Positions 1-11,830 of a stretch of DNA of 64,000 bases are shown here, one piece after another. Made by a program: the position numbers and the translations under genes. The notes under the pieces are model-generated. The model searched no databases. It had not been told where the DNA came from and was given only the letters and a program-made list of their open reading frames with translations. The stretch comes from Malassezia furfur (Eukaryota): the NCBI GenBank assembly GCA_052055015.1, contig JBQJIT010000019.1, one strand, 5' to 3'. Within the stretch, counting starts at the first letter, position 1. Every line of letters begins with the position of its first letter.

Positions 1-58
1 GGTGGAGGTGGAGGCGGGGCGGCCGGACGGGGCAGGTCGCTCCGTGCACGAGGACGTC

Positions 59-2136
59 ATGACCTCGGAGGCTGTCACACACATTGCGCAAACTTATGGC
101 GTCCGCTCGCACGACGCAAGTCTCGCATCCACACTCAGCGCACTTGGAGATGCCCTCCGGAGCGGTCAACTCCGGAACGCGCTTGGCGAGTCGGATCTGC
201 CTGCGCTTTGCATAAAATCGCTCACGGACCGACAGGCGTCGTCCGCGGCGCTTCGTGTTCTTGCAAACCTATGTATCGACCACGGTATGTCAACGGCTAA
301 TCTAGATGGCAACCGCAAGCGCATTCTCGATGCTGGCGCTGTACCCTCTGTTCTAGCCATTCTTCCCGCCCCAGAAGGCCCCTTCTCTGACAGGGAGCGA
401 CAAGTTGTTCAGGCGGCGCTCGGGATGCTACTCAACCTTCAAATGGACTTTGAACCAGCCAAAGAGGCGATTAAGTCGTCTAATGCCGTTTCGAAACTGA
501 CTGCATTAAGCACTTCGCCTGCGCTCTACCGGATGGGTGGCTGGGTCGAAGGACCCCCGAACGAGCATCCTAGGACATGGGTGGCCAATCAATGCTCGAG
601 TGCGGCCGCTGCAGCATGGGGTCTTTGCCTAGTGGAAGATGTGCTGGGAAAGGATGCGGAGAGCATCGAATGGACGCGCGATGCTGTTCAGGGCCTCTTA
701 ACCCAGGAACAGTCGCTGCGGGCCGCTTCGAGCAAGTCAGTCGCACCAAGCGTCGACGATGTTGCTACACAGCTCGTTGAACACGAGATCTCGATTCTGG
801 ATAGCATTGGGGGGCTGCTGATGCATGCATCCGCGTCGTTTATGTCCGTGCTGGCACGTCCCAACGACGCGCCGTTGCGCGCGCTCGTGGACCTATTGAC
901 AGGGTCTCCCGAGACACCTACCTACTGGGAGCCAGTGTTGGAAGACGAGGAAGAGGCTGAGCGCGCTTTCGGTGCATACTCTCGGCTACGCACGGGAGCG
1001 GCGCATGTGGTCGTCGGTGCGGCTGCGGACGATGCCAATTTGCCATCGCTGTGCCCGCTAGACGGCACCCAACTCATCTCGCACTGGTTTGTCGAGACAC
1101 TCCTCCAATCCGTACGGTCGAAGGATGTGCCACTCGCAACGTGTGCACTATTGGCGCTCGGAAATCTTGCCCGCGATGCTCAACGCAGCGAAGCCATTGC
1201 CGATGCACCCCATCTGCTCGCGCAGACCGCCCAGCACCTCGGCACGAACGACGTAAAAATTGCCCACGCTGCAGTCGGCTTGCTCAAAAACCTGGCCGTA
1301 TCACCGGCGAACAAGGAAAAGGTGTTTGCGGCAGGCATCGTGCCCTTGCTTCCCGCGCTGCTCGTACGTGAGCGGGACATGGTGCAGCCACTGCAGTTCG
1401 GCGTCGTTGGCCTGTTGCGCCAACTGGCCAATGCGACGACTGCACCGCAAATCTCGCTCGGCATCCTAGGTGTATGGCCGCAAGACACACCGGACGTGCT
1501 TGTTGACCTTGTTGCTCTCCACAAACGCAGCGACCACATGTCATTGCGGATGGACATTGCCCGCGTATATGTGGCACTGATTCGCTCCCTGTGGTCGAGT
1601 CGTACCAGCGAACGCAACATACAAGAGCTTGCTTCCAACATGCACACAGACATCAGCGCGGTGCAGCAGGCGCTGGCCGCGGGCCGAACCAAGTTGCAGA
1701 CTCAGCCCATCCTGGAGGGCCTGTCCGATCTGCTCCGCCATAGCCGCGCGTCGGCTGTGGTTCAGAGCGAGGCTCTGCTGGCTCTGTCCTTGACGAGCAG
1801 TTCGTCCAAAGATACCGGTATGTGTGCATTACTCACTCAGCTCAACTTTCTCTCGAGTGCTTGTACACACACCATCCTGCTACACCACAAGATGATCAAG
1901 ACGCACCGTTTGCCTCGGGGCTTGAGTCCCTCCCATTCATTTTATCCCATATGCCCCCACAGGTCGTGGGAAATGCAAGCAGCCTGATCCAGCTGCTAGC
2001 CAACACACCTTCCAGCGACGCACGCACGGCACTTCAGACGCTTGTGCACGAACCATTGACGGCCTGCGAAGAGCGTGTGCCTCCCGAAGTGCGCAACGTT
2101 GTGGCCAGGGCTGCCGCAATCCTCGGTACGCAGTGA
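59..2136 (+). CDS. ARM-repeat protein, probably SmgGDS/Bem4-like GTPase regulator (2 introns: 285-305, 1818-1840)
   Basis: Helical repeats such as LRVLANLCID, LLALGNLARD and AVGLLKNLAV. Removing GTATGT..CAG at 1818-1840 joins ORF 2..1987 to ORF 1822..2136 (DT|AQLSLECL). Confidence 0.65.
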
Positions 2137-2246
2137 CACAGAATAAGGGCCCCTCGACAAATTATCCCGATTCTACCGAAAAACGATTCTACATGAAATA
2201 ACCCAAAGTAAGTAGGGCATCTGCACGAATCGAAGGTGGTCGCAGA

Positions 2247-3088
2247 TTACACCGAGCCCGCAAAGCTGCTGCTGAGCGTAGCAACGGCGCTCGGACGCTG
2301 CGAGAAGCGCTGCAGCCAAGCCGAGAGCCAGGGCAGGTTACCACCCTCAAGAAGGCCGCTTCGCGTAGCCTGAAGGTCACGCAGAATCGGGAAGAGGAAC
2401 ACGTCAGCCCAGCTGATCGTGCCGAAGATGTACTCGGGGTTCACCAGCTTGAGCTGCTCCTGAGTGGAGGCGATGATGCGCTCCAGGAGCACGAGAATCT
2501 GCCCGGCGGCCTCGCGGGCCTCGGAAAGGGCAGCATTGATGTCTTCGCGGCTCGCACCATTGTTGCGCAGCGCAAAGAACGGCTTCACGTAGCGGTTCTC
2601 AACGGTCTTCTTCACCTGAATCACCACAAACGAGGAGATCTGGTCAATTTCCACGCGGAGCAAAGCGTTATCGTTGTAGTTGCGCTCGTGCGTCGCAACC
2701 GGCGTGGGGAAAAGGTGGGGTTGCTTGGGGTCGTCGGAGCTGCCAAAGATCTCGTCGATGTAGCGAGCGATAGCGAGCGGCTCAAACAGCACGACACGGT
2801 CGCGGGCGGCGTAAATCGCGTTGGGGCGCTGCATTAGTACATGGGGTAGGACGTACGTGAACCAGCACGGGGATCGTGCCAAGCGGCGAGTACTCAAACA
2901 GCTCAGACGAGCCGGGCATCGACGGCTGGTGCATGAAGAAGATGTTGAGTTCCTTGAGACCGATGATAATAGACTGCACATCCGTCGACTATCGATCAGT
3001 TCTCCGCACAGGAACGTACCAGACCAGTGCCGAAAAGCTCAACGGTACCAATGTTCTCCGGAGTGTTCACTTTAGCGGGCACAAACAT
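2247..3088 (-). CDS. Glutathione S-transferase family protein (introns 2989-3019, 2829-2856)
   Basis: Spliced product MFVPAKV...GTGL|STDVQSII...SPLGTIPVLVH|RPN...LFEPLAIARYI...ISWADVFLFP. It has the cis-Pro motif and the C-domain N-capping box. Confidence 0.75.
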
Positions 3089-3380
3089 GATGAATGGACG
3101 GTGATATTGAGTAGGCGCGAACCGGCACCGCACTCTATTTAATCCACTTCCATTTCAGGGGCTTCATTATGCATTGGCTTAGCATCGACGCAGAATTGGT
3201 AAACTTTTTGCCGAACTCGCACATCTGCTCCACGTGTGGGGCCACCAAACGCATGCAGGCATCGCACGTGCCATCTCCTAAACGCCCACTGGCTTCTTTT
3301 GTGCAAATCAGCCACTCGGCCGAAAAGTGTGCGTGATCCAAGCTTGGCACGTCGGCGGGGATGGCAGATCCGCAATTACC

Positions 3381-4234
3381 ATGGCGCAAGTAGCAGTGGA
3401 TCCCAATGAGGACACGGAATTGTACGTGCGCCCCGCTCATCGCAGTCACGATGCGCTCCGTGCGCGCGGTATCATCCCCGAGCGCCAGCCGTCGCGCTCG
3501 CCATCCCCTGAGCCGCCGTCCGCCCAAGAACTTAAGGACGCCGCTCGACGTCAGGCCACGGTGGAAGACCTAGATGAGGAGCTCGAAGATGCCGACGAGG
3601 ACGAAGAGCGCATTCTACAGCAGCTGCGCGCACAGCGCATGAAAGAATTATCGGCTTTGCACGCACAGGCACGATTCGGCCGTGTGTACCCTATTGCGCG
3701 TCCCGACTACACGAGAGAGGTTACGGAAGCCAGCAAAGAGGCCGCACCCGGTTCACCAGATTCCGCGGCAGGAACAGGCGTCGTGTGTTTTCTATACAAA
3801 CCTGGGTAAGTTATATACCCTCATTCAGTATGGAGCTGTGTCAACTTTTGGCTGGATACCTTGACCAACTGGCGGCCAAGTACCCCAACACCAAGTTTGT
3901 GAGCATCATTGGTGACCAATGCATTCCCAACTACCCCGACAAAAATTTGCCGACCCTGCTTATTTATCGTGCCGGAGAGCTTCGTCGTCAGATTGTTGGT
4001 CTTCGACCGGAGATTGGGCTTGATGGGATGAACACCAAAATGGAAGGTACGTGAGACTTGTTGACGAGAGATATCGAACTTTTGTTGGCGGCCGTGGGTG
4101 CGATTGAGCCGCGCAAGCCAGGCACCGAGGAGCGGAAGCAACAAGGCAACGATGCAGAGGAAAACGTCCACCACAGTATCCGCAACAGCGCTCGGACACA
4201 AGACGAAGAGGACGACGATCTAGATTGGGATTGA
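3381..4234 (+). CDS. PLP2: Phosducin-like protein Plp2/PDCL3, CCT co-chaperone (introns 3422-3445, 3806-3828, 4047-4070)
   Basis: EDTEFHDALRARGIIP after splicing, CIPNYPDKNLPTLLIY, and an acidic C-terminus DDDLDWD*. Confidence 0.85.
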
Positions 4235-4330
4235 TGTACATACCCCGATTAACATAGGACGCGTGGTCATCCACCACGCAAGCGCACGGACCCTCCCATT
4301 AGGTCAGCACACCAACCCACCACCACCGCG

Positions 4331-5632
4331 ATGGAAGCGGTGCAGCAAGGGATTGATGGCGTTCGCAAACGTCTTCCCAGTGGGGATGTGACAGACACAT
4401 TCCCTGACAAAACAAGTGCACTACATGCTGTAGATACCTTGATCGATGCATTGCAACATCAAAACAGCACGCCGTCCGAGGACCCATCTTTGCCATCGAC
4501 GGCGCACCGCGCACTGCTCGAGAGAGCCAACGCCAATGTTTCCGAGGCGAATCGGCATTGCTACTCCGCACTGAACAAACTGTGGCGTGCCGTGGACAAG
4601 AAATTCCCGACATCACTTGACTCGATGGTCGATCCCAAACTGTTCAACAGCGATAAGTGCACATACGCACTCGATACCGTCGTGCTGGATTATCTCCTGC
4701 GCGCCGGTCACACAGATGTGGCGGCCATGTACTCGCGTGAAACCGGAGTCTATATACCCGAGACGCAGCGCACAGCCATTGGTGAGCTGGGCAGGCTACT
4801 GTCGGCGCTCGAGTCAGGTAATACACGGCCCATTCTAGAGTGGGCATCGGCCCACGGCGAGGCCCTGCGCGAACGGAACAGCTTGCTGGAATACCATTTA
4901 TTGCGGTCCCAATTCCTCAACATTGCCCAAGGATGCGTACGTCTTGAAGACGAAGCAGCGTGCGACTTGGTCCAAATGCCCACGACCAATGTCCATCTGG
5001 CCTTCATGTTTGGGCGGCGGTACTTTGGGCCATACCTCGCGACACAGCTGGAGGAAATTCAGAGCATGTATGCGTTACTGCTATTTTTACCCAAGTTTCG
5101 TGTCTCGCCTCGCGGCGTGCCGATGGAGCGGTCCAAAGACGCCTCCAAGATGCTGACGTACGTGCCGTGGAAGTACCGCACGCTGCTTCTATCCCTCCGA
5201 ACGGACATTGGCGCACTTGCAGCGCAATTCCGCAAGGACTTTTATGCCTTGTCGCATATGTCACAGCTGTGCTCCTTGCAAGCCAGTGTCGATGTGGGAG
5301 TGAATAATGCATTGGGGCGCATCAACAAAGTTCGCAACGTAATGAAGGATCGCCACAACGAATGGAGCCAGGCAGACGAACTTCCGGTACGCTGATGGAC
5401 GCTCACCGTACAGATCGAAATTCCTTTGCCCCCTGAACTAGAGTTGCACAGCACTTTCTTGTGCCCCGTGTCAAAGGAACCGGGTACCGAAGCCAACCCC
5501 CCAATGATGATGCCGTGTGGCCACGCGCTGTGTCTTGACAGTTTGACGCATATTGCACGGGGTTCACGGGTCAAATGTCCGTATTGCCCGGCAGAGTCGA
5601 ACGTGGGCGACGCACTGCGTCTATATCTATAG
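4331..5632 (+). CDS. RMD5: GID/CTLH complex RING subunit Rmd5/Gid2 (intron 5387-5413)
   Basis: LisH/CTLH-like segment, EWSQADELP|IEIPLP, and a RING domain HSTFLCPVSKE..PMMMPCGH..KCPYCP. Confidence 0.85.
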
Positions 5633-5646
5633 CGTATTATTGTACA

Positions 5647-7635
5647 TTAAGAGAAGTTAAGTCGGATGAGGAAAAAGAGCATGTTCATCAGCACATGCAG
5701 ACTTGTCCATACACAAGTGGGGACCAGCTCGGGGTAGAGGCGCATCTCGGCGAGGCCCACCTGTGCCATATTGACGCCATACATCAGCCAACAAATCCCC
5801 GTGGTTGCCCAAATCGAAACAAACTCTGAGGCCCAAATTGCCAGTGAGCCCAACATGGTGAGCCGGTAATTATACGGGTCGTTATCGTCAAATGCAAAGA
5901 AGGGATAGAGTGGTTGGTTGATTCCAAAATGCAGGATCGACAGCCATCCTAGGAAGGCGAGCATCGTCGTGTGTTGTGCAGTGTTGCGCAAGTAAAAGTA
6001 GAGACTGATCTTCTCCGCGTGTTCCTCCCAGGGTACCTGCCGCGAATTGAACCGGTTCAGGAACCGCAACCAAGGTGCCGACATAGTCAGTGGGTACCAC
6101 AGGCAGACCCATGCGGAGCTGAGCAACTGTACCAGCGCAAACTGGTCAAAGCTGCGCAGCCGTGCAAACAAGTTCCGGTAAAAGATGAAGTACACCATAA
6201 AATAAAAGTAGCGGAACACAAACAGCAATGCGCGGCTGCGCACCTTTTCCACAATGATCCATTGTGTCACAAAGCACAAAGTTTGGACAGTGACAAGCCA
6301 AAGCAGCACGTACAACGTACCATCCAGCCCGGTGTGCGGTAGCGTCCGCAAGTACAAGTTTGCGTAGCCCTGACCCAGTAAAAGTGTGCACAGATTGAGT
6401 GCCATGGTACTCATGAACCACAAAAAGCGTCGATACGACGCCGGAATGCGCCAGGAAGCGTCGCTAGTTGCGAATGGGATTTGGATGTCGGTTAACGCTG
6501 CACGGTATCGCTGTCGGCCGCGGCGGCGCAGTCCGACAAGACACACGCATGCCGGCATCGCCATGGTCGCAAATGTGAGCAGCACCCACTCGGTTTTGAG
6601 CTGCCACTGCACCTCGTCCGAGTGCTTCTGCTTGGAAATCCGGAGCGGGTCCAGCAAATGTAACAGGTACCCGCAAAACAGACTGAGCGACCAGAAGAAG
6701 GTATATGACGTCTTGGCACCCAGCGCCGTCGGCCACCAGTTTAGCCGATATAGGGTAAAGAGCTGGGTGATAAAAATAAGCGCCACGGCGACGTAGCAGC
6801 CATAGTACCAAAACAGGAAGAACCAAAAGTTGGCGTCGACCCATTGATATGTACTAGTGTGCCGATGGGGCGCCTGGATGCCGCTCGTCTCATCCTCGGT
6901 ACCGGATTTAGGGAATGGTATCCCGCACCACACTAGGACGAGGAGCACTGGCAGCCAAATCAGGACGAGGTTACGACGCAACCAGCTGCTCAGCAGTTCG
7001 TCAATGGCTGTGCTGCTTGGCCGAAATGCATGCTCCATGATCCTTTGCGGACGCAAAGATGGTGAAGGTGGCACAGGTCGCACCAGGTGCTCGGAGCTTT
7101 CGCCGTAGACCACCTGAGTGCGATAGCCGACCGGTTGCATTTGGTTCATCCGCCCGGCACGGTACTGGCTGGGGTCCTTTGCGACGCGAATGTTGGAGGG
7201 GCTGAATGCAGGTCTTGGTGCATCCATTGCACCATAATCTGTAGCGTAGTGTGTCTTGCGCCGAGGGTGCCGCGATCCAAACCCCCAAAAGATGTTACCT
7301 GCGTTCCAGCGCGTCCACCGCCGGTCTGGGTCGAAGCGCCGTTGTAACCGCTGACGCCAACTGATCGGTGGCTCAGTCTGTGCATCATTTGTGCCACTCG
7401 AGTACCGGGACGAGGAGAGCAGTGACGGTGACGGCAGCCAGGCGACGTTGGGTGCGTCGTCGTCGTCGTCGTCATCGTCCTCATCTTCCTCGACATCGAC
7501 ATCGTCTTCGTCACTGGAGACGCCAAGCATTGGATCCCAAGGCGATGGTAGACTCTGCCGTCGTGGTGTGTGTGGCATGCGCGGCGCTGCGTTGCCGGGC
7601 GCAGCGTTCGACGCATTGGGGCCAGCACTGGCCAT
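5647..7635 (-). CDS. Uncharacterised multi-pass membrane protein with a disordered acidic N-terminus
   Basis: Long intronless ORF with roughly 10 hydrophobic, aromatic-rich segments in the C-terminal two thirds. Confidence 0.7.
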   Translation of the reverse strand: MASAGPNASNAAPGNAAPRMPHTPRRQSLPSPWDPMLGVSSDEDDVDVEEDEDDDDDDDDAPNVAWLPSPSLLSSSRYSSGTNDAQTEPPISWRQRLQRRFDPDRRWTRWNAGNIFWGFGSRHPRRKTHYATDYGAMDAPRPAFSPSNIRVAKDPSQYRAGRMNQMQPVGYRTQVVYGESSEHLVRPVPPSPSLRPQRIMEHAFRPSSTAIDELLSSWLRRNLVLIWLPVLLVLVWCGIPFPKSGTEDETSGIQAPHRHTSTYQWVDANFWFFLFWYYGCYVAVALIFITQLFTLYRLNWWPTALGAKTSYTFFWSLSLFCGYLLHLLDPLRISKQKHSDEVQWQLKTEWVLLTFATMAMPACVCLVGLRRRGRQRYRAALTDIQIPFATSDASWRIPASYRRFLWFMSTMALNLCTLLLGQGYANLYLRTLPHTGLDGTLYVLLWLVTVQTLCFVTQWIIVEKVRSRALLFVFRYFYFMVYFIFYRNLFARLRSFDQFALVQLLSSAWVCLWYPLTMSAPWLRFLNRFNSRQVPWEEHAEKISLYFYLRNTAQHTTMLAFLGWLSILHFGINQPLYPFFAFDDNDPYNYRLTMLGSLAIWASEFVSIWATTGICWLMYGVNMAQVGLAEMRLYPELVPTCVWTSLHVLMNMLFFLIRLNFS

Positions 7636-7740
7636 AATCGACGCGAGGTGGAGGGCACTGCACACGATGCATTGAGTCCCACTATGCACAGGGTGTTGGT
7701 CAGGACTGAAAAGAGAGAAGCATCGCTACATAGCCAAGGG

Positions 7741-9477
7741 TTACGCAGGGATCGACATGCCTTCGTCCATGGTCACGACATGGTCCACGGGCACCTTCTT
7801 TTGTGACATTGACCGAGGCGAGTCGGATCCCTGCTCCATAGTCGGCGTCTCGATCAGCCGCGAGGTGCTGCGCATCGCGGCAGTTGGATCTAGCGGATCG
7901 CTCACGTCAATCACGCTGTGCTGTGCACGGGAGCCGCGCTGTCCGACGATCGCTGCGCGCTGCTCGGCGGGCGGCACCGAGCCCTCTGTGCTGGGGCGGA
8001 AAGACAACTCGACGCTTTCGTCGAGCGGTGCTGTGCGCTGGGCAGGCATGGTGCGGTAGCTCGGCCCGAACGAGAAGTTGGCAATGTCGCGCAGCGCATT
8101 CAAGCCGCCGGTCCGGTTCGATGAGGGCGGCTCGTCGCGCGCCTGTTCGGTAGCCTGGATCGCACGCACGTCCTCGATGGTGGGCAGATCGAAGAGCGGC
8201 TGAGGCGCAGGCATCGCACGGTGCCGCGTCCGGCCGCTGGCATCCCGGCGCTGCTCGCGTGCCGGAGAGCTGGTCGGCGTGACTGATGGCGATGGCTGCT
8301 GCGGCATCTTGTGGGGATTCCCCCCACCGTTGGCGCGCAAGGGGTCCATCGGATCGGACAAGGTATTGGTGTGTGACGTGAGTGGCGAGCTCACAGCACT
8401 TGTGGGGGCTGCAGGCAACTTGGAGCTGCTTGCCGTCTGGCTTCGCCCAGCCGTGAGCCCTGCGGCGTCCCAGCGCTGCACCGAGCGGTCCGCCCAGCAT
8501 TCGAGCACCGGCCAGTTTCGGTACTCGCCGATCAAAAAGAAGCCCGCGTTCGGCTCGCCGGCGCGGTCGCCACCGCCGCCAAGTGCACCCGAGGTGCCTC
8601 CGGTAAAGTACGACTGGTAGCCGATCGTGTCCTCCTCGCCGTCACTGTCCGACGGTGGCTCCAGTTGGAACGTGGTACCAGCCTCCAGCTCGTCAGCAAC
8701 GAGCTGCAAGAATTTGGCCCACCCATCCTGGCCATCACACCCGTAAACGACCACCTTCGTATCAAAGTCGCGCCCAAAAATAATCACCTGGCCGACGCTG
8801 CCGCCCTGCGGATCGGGCATGAGGTCCACGCCAAGATAATTGCCCATGTGGTCGGTGACGAGCGGGATCCAGCCCGGGCACGAGTACTCGCGCCGCACCC
8901 AGTGGTCTGGGCAGCTCATCATGCGTGTACGCAACCGCGGGTTCGCGCCGGTCTGCGCGTCGTTGTCGACCACGCGCCAAAACTGCCACTCGCGCAAAAT
9001 CGACTCGGACGAAAGGAAAGGCAGGCCGAAGAAGAGACCGTCTGTGCACGACGCGCTGGACTCAATCTCCTGTCCATTGCAGCAAAAGAGCCACTCGCGT
9101 ACGGCGAGCGGGAGTGCCTGGCCTAGACCGTGCTGCAACCGGTCCACCTCGTCCTCGGTTGCGCCCCAATTCAACGTATCGCGCAGCTCCTCGTATGAGT
9201 TATCACAGAAGCGCAAAATCTGCTTCCACGCGCGCAGAACCGTGCTACCCTGCCGTACATGTGTGGGCAGGACATGACTGTCCAGCGGACGCGGCGGAAA
9301 CGCGGTCGACGCCAGCGAGGTGGTCGATTGCGCGCCTGGACCGTCCCCACCCGACGGTTGTGTATACATCGACGCAGAGTCGCGCGGGTATCTTGCACTG
9401 TTTGACGAAATACCGGCGCGCAACGAAGACGTGCCGCCGAAAAAGTCGCCGAGCGACGTAAACAACGACCTCGCCAT
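7741..9477 (-). CDS. SMI1: Cell-wall assembly regulator Smi1/Knr4
   Basis: LNWGATE, NGQE, GLFFGLPFLS, WIPLVTDHMGNYLGVDL and GQVIIFGRDFDTK motifs. Confidence 0.9.
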   Translation of the reverse strand: MARSLFTSLGDFFGGTSSLRAGISSNSARYPRDSASMYTQPSGGDGPGAQSTTSLASTAFPPRPLDSHVLPTHVRQGSTVLRAWKQILRFCDNSYEELRDTLNWGATEDEVDRLQHGLGQALPLAVREWLFCCNGQEIESSASCTDGLFFGLPFLSSESILREWQFWRVVDNDAQTGANPRLRTRMMSCPDHWVRREYSCPGWIPLVTDHMGNYLGVDLMPDPQGGSVGQVIIFGRDFDTKVVVYGCDGQDGWAKFLQLVADELEAGTTFQLEPPSDSDGEEDTIGYQSYFTGGTSGALGGGGDRAGEPNAGFFLIGEYRNWPVLECWADRSVQRWDAAGLTAGRSQTASSSKLPAAPTSAVSSPLTSHTNTLSDPMDPLRANGGGNPHKMPQQPSPSVTPTSSPAREQRRDASGRTRHRAMPAPQPLFDLPTIEDVRAIQATEQARDEPPSSNRTGGLNALRDIANFSFGPSYRTMPAQRTAPLDESVELSFRPSTEGSVPPAEQRAAIVGQRGSRAQHSVIDVSDPLDPTAAMRSTSRLIETPTMEQGSDSPRSMSQKKVPVDHVVTMDEGMSIPA

Positions 9478-9565
9478 CGCCTTCGTCACGGTCGCGACGC
9501 ACACTGCCTCGAGGGCCTTTTCCCACGTGATGTACACGTGGGTGTTGCGTCGCGACTCCACCACG

Positions 9566-11827
9566 ATGCACGCGTGCCTCGTCTTGGCATGGCTTGGCGC
9601 TGTGGTTGCCGCGGCGATGGCGGCGACGCTTGGCGGCGAGCCCCCCGTGTGGGGCACATACCGGCCGCAGGTCTATGTGGGCATGCGTCCACGCATACCC
9701 GACGCAGTCCTGTCGGGCCTCGCGTATTTCGGCACGCGCTCGCTCGCCGACATTCAGCACTTGCGGCACTCGACAAAGGACGACCACGGCGTGCGCTACT
9801 ACCGCTATACGCACCACGATGGGCGCACTTTTGGAAGACAGGAGATAGTTGACGACTTTCTCAACTACCACATCGAGACCTCGTTCGTCTTGTCGGGCGC
9901 CCACCCAGACACCCAACAAGCGGGGAGCTGGGCGATCCGCGTGCGCGGCACGGTGCTCAACGACAAACTTCCTGCGCAGCTCTCGCTTATCTACTACCTG
10001 GGACGCGAGTCATTTGATGCCCAGCTCGCCTACGAGCCGGGCAAACACGGTGAGCCGACTGTGGTGGGTTCGCACCCTGCGCTAGGGGCATTTCGGCTGC
10101 GCCTAGGGGAGGACGGCACCGAGACGCACTATGCGGGGCTGAATGTACCGGCAGACAAGGTATGGGACGTGCATGATCCCTTCTTGGAGACCTTCACTGT
10201 CCGCGCCAATGCCTTCCACCAACGCGGCGCACAGCTCGGCCAGCTGCCACCCGCGACACTGCTGCAGCTGAACGACGTGGTGGAGGATCAGGCGACCTTG
10301 TTTGCGCTGCAACGTTCCTTCACTGGGAACTTTACACTGGACATCTTCCTGGACGGCGAGCCGCACGGAAGCCATCTGGACTCGGAGCAGCTCACCGTCG
10401 CTCTGGCGCAGCGCCGCGAGGCGTACGAGGACATGTTCCAGGCCAAATTCCCCCTGCGCGACTATGCTGAAGATGACGTTGAGGTTGCGCGCGAGCTCAC
10501 GGCGCAGATTGTCGGCGGCATCGGGTACTATGCCGGCTCGAGCCTCGTCGACCGGCGCCACGTGTCGCACGCCGGCTTGGTGCTGCATGAGCCCAGCAAG
10601 GCCGAGCCGACGCGCGAACCTGTGCGTGAGTTGCTGACCGCGACACCGAGCCGCTCTTTCTTCCCGCGTGGCTTTTACTGGGACGAGGGTTTCCACGAGG
10701 CGCACATAGCGGCTTGGGACCCTGCGCTGGCGATCGAGCTGTTTGCCTCCTGGACGCGGCTCATCGATGATGATGGATGGGTTGCGCGTGAGCAAATTCT
10801 CGGCAGCGAGGCGCGTAGTCGCGTCCCGGAGGAGTTCCAGGTGCAGTTCCCCCAATTCGCGAATCCGCCTGCGCTGATCATGGGCTTGGACGCCTACCTC
10901 TCTGAACTGCCACAGGAAGATACCGTGGCTGGTGTGGGGGGTCAGGCGCCCTTTGTACTGCCGAATTCGTCGCACGTTGACCTTGCGGCACTGTATGAGC
11001 CATGGCGGCGGCACTACGAATGGTTCCGCCGTACCCAGCGCGGCCAAATCCAACAGTGGGACCGCAGCGCAACGTCCAAACGCGAGGGCTACCGCTGGCG
11101 TGGGCGCTCAGCGACGCACGTACTGACGAGCGGCCTGGATGACTATCCCCGCGCTGCGACGCCGCACGTTGGCGAGCTGCACCTCGATCTGCACGCGTGG
11201 ATGGGCGCATTTGCGCGCGCCATGCACCGCTTTGCGCAACGTCTTGGGCTCGAGGACGATGCACGCGAGTATGCGCGGCACTACCAGGCGATTCAGGCGA
11301 ACCTCTATGACTTGCACTGGAGCGAGGGCGAGGGCATGTTCTGCGACGCGTCCGTCGACGACGACGACGAGTCGTATTTCGAGTGCCACCGTGGCTATGT
11401 GAGCCTCTTCCCGTTGCTCATGGAGCTGCTGGACCCGGATGCACCGGCGCTCGGCAAGACGCTCGAAATGATGCGCGACGAGCAGCAGCTCTGGTCGCCG
11501 CATGGCCTGCGCAGCCTGAGCAAGCAGCATCCCCTGTACGGCACAGACGAGGATTACTGGCGGAGTGCCATCTGGATCCCGATCAACTACCTGGCCCTGC
11601 GTGCGCTGCACCGCTACGCGGCGCTCGATGGCCCATACCAGGCCGATGCACACGCGCTCTATACCGCGCTGCGGCAAAACATTGTACGCACTGTCCTGGA
11701 CGAATACAAGCGGACGGGGTATACCTGGGAGCAATACGACGCAGCGACCGGCGCCGGGCGTCGCAACCGCCCCTTCGCGGGCTGGACTTCGATGGTCGTG
11801 TTGATCATGGCGGAAAAATACCCATAG
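9566..11827 (+). CDS. CWH41: Mannosyl-oligosaccharide glucosidase I (GH63)
   Basis: N-terminal hydrophobic segment, WGTYRP, PSRSFFPRGFYWDEGFH, LTSGLDDYPR and YTWEQY. Confidence 0.92.
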   Translation: MHACLVLAWLGAVVAAAMAATLGGEPPVWGTYRPQVYVGMRPRIPDAVLSGLAYFGTRSLADIQHLRHSTKDDHGVRYYRYTHHDGRTFGRQEIVDDFLNYHIETSFVLSGAHPDTQQAGSWAIRVRGTVLNDKLPAQLSLIYYLGRESFDAQLAYEPGKHGEPTVVGSHPALGAFRLRLGEDGTETHYAGLNVPADKVWDVHDPFLETFTVRANAFHQRGAQLGQLPPATLLQLNDVVEDQATLFALQRSFTGNFTLDIFLDGEPHGSHLDSEQLTVALAQRREAYEDMFQAKFPLRDYAEDDVEVARELTAQIVGGIGYYAGSSLVDRRHVSHAGLVLHEPSKAEPTREPVRELLTATPSRSFFPRGFYWDEGFHEAHIAAWDPALAIELFASWTRLIDDDGWVAREQILGSEARSRVPEEFQVQFPQFANPPALIMGLDAYLSELPQEDTVAGVGGQAPFVLPNSSHVDLAALYEPWRRHYEWFRRTQRGQIQQWDRSATSKREGYRWRGRSATHVLTSGLDDYPRAATPHVGELHLDLHAWMGAFARAMHRFAQRLGLEDDAREYARHYQAIQANLYDLHWSEGEGMFCDASVDDDDESYFECHRGYVSLFPLLMELLDPDAPALGKTLEMMRDEQQLWSPHGLRSLSKQHPLYGTDEDYWRSAIWIPINYLALRALHRYAALDGPYQADAHALYTALRQNIVRTVLDEYKRTGYTWEQYDAATGAGRRNRPFAGWTSMVVLIMAEKYP

Positions 11828-11830
11828 TCT

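Noticed and set aside
48..70. GTCATGAC palindrome giving overlapping ATGs on both strands (also GCATGC at 28481-28486)
   Set aside because: The minus ORF leaves the window after 20 codons and cannot be evaluated. At 28.48 kb a better downstream ATG exists.
7455..7510. (GTC)n/(TCA)n triplet run; also (GT)n near 38285
   Set aside because: The first encodes a poly-Asp/Glu tract and the second is a short microsatellite; neither has repeat-spacer structure.
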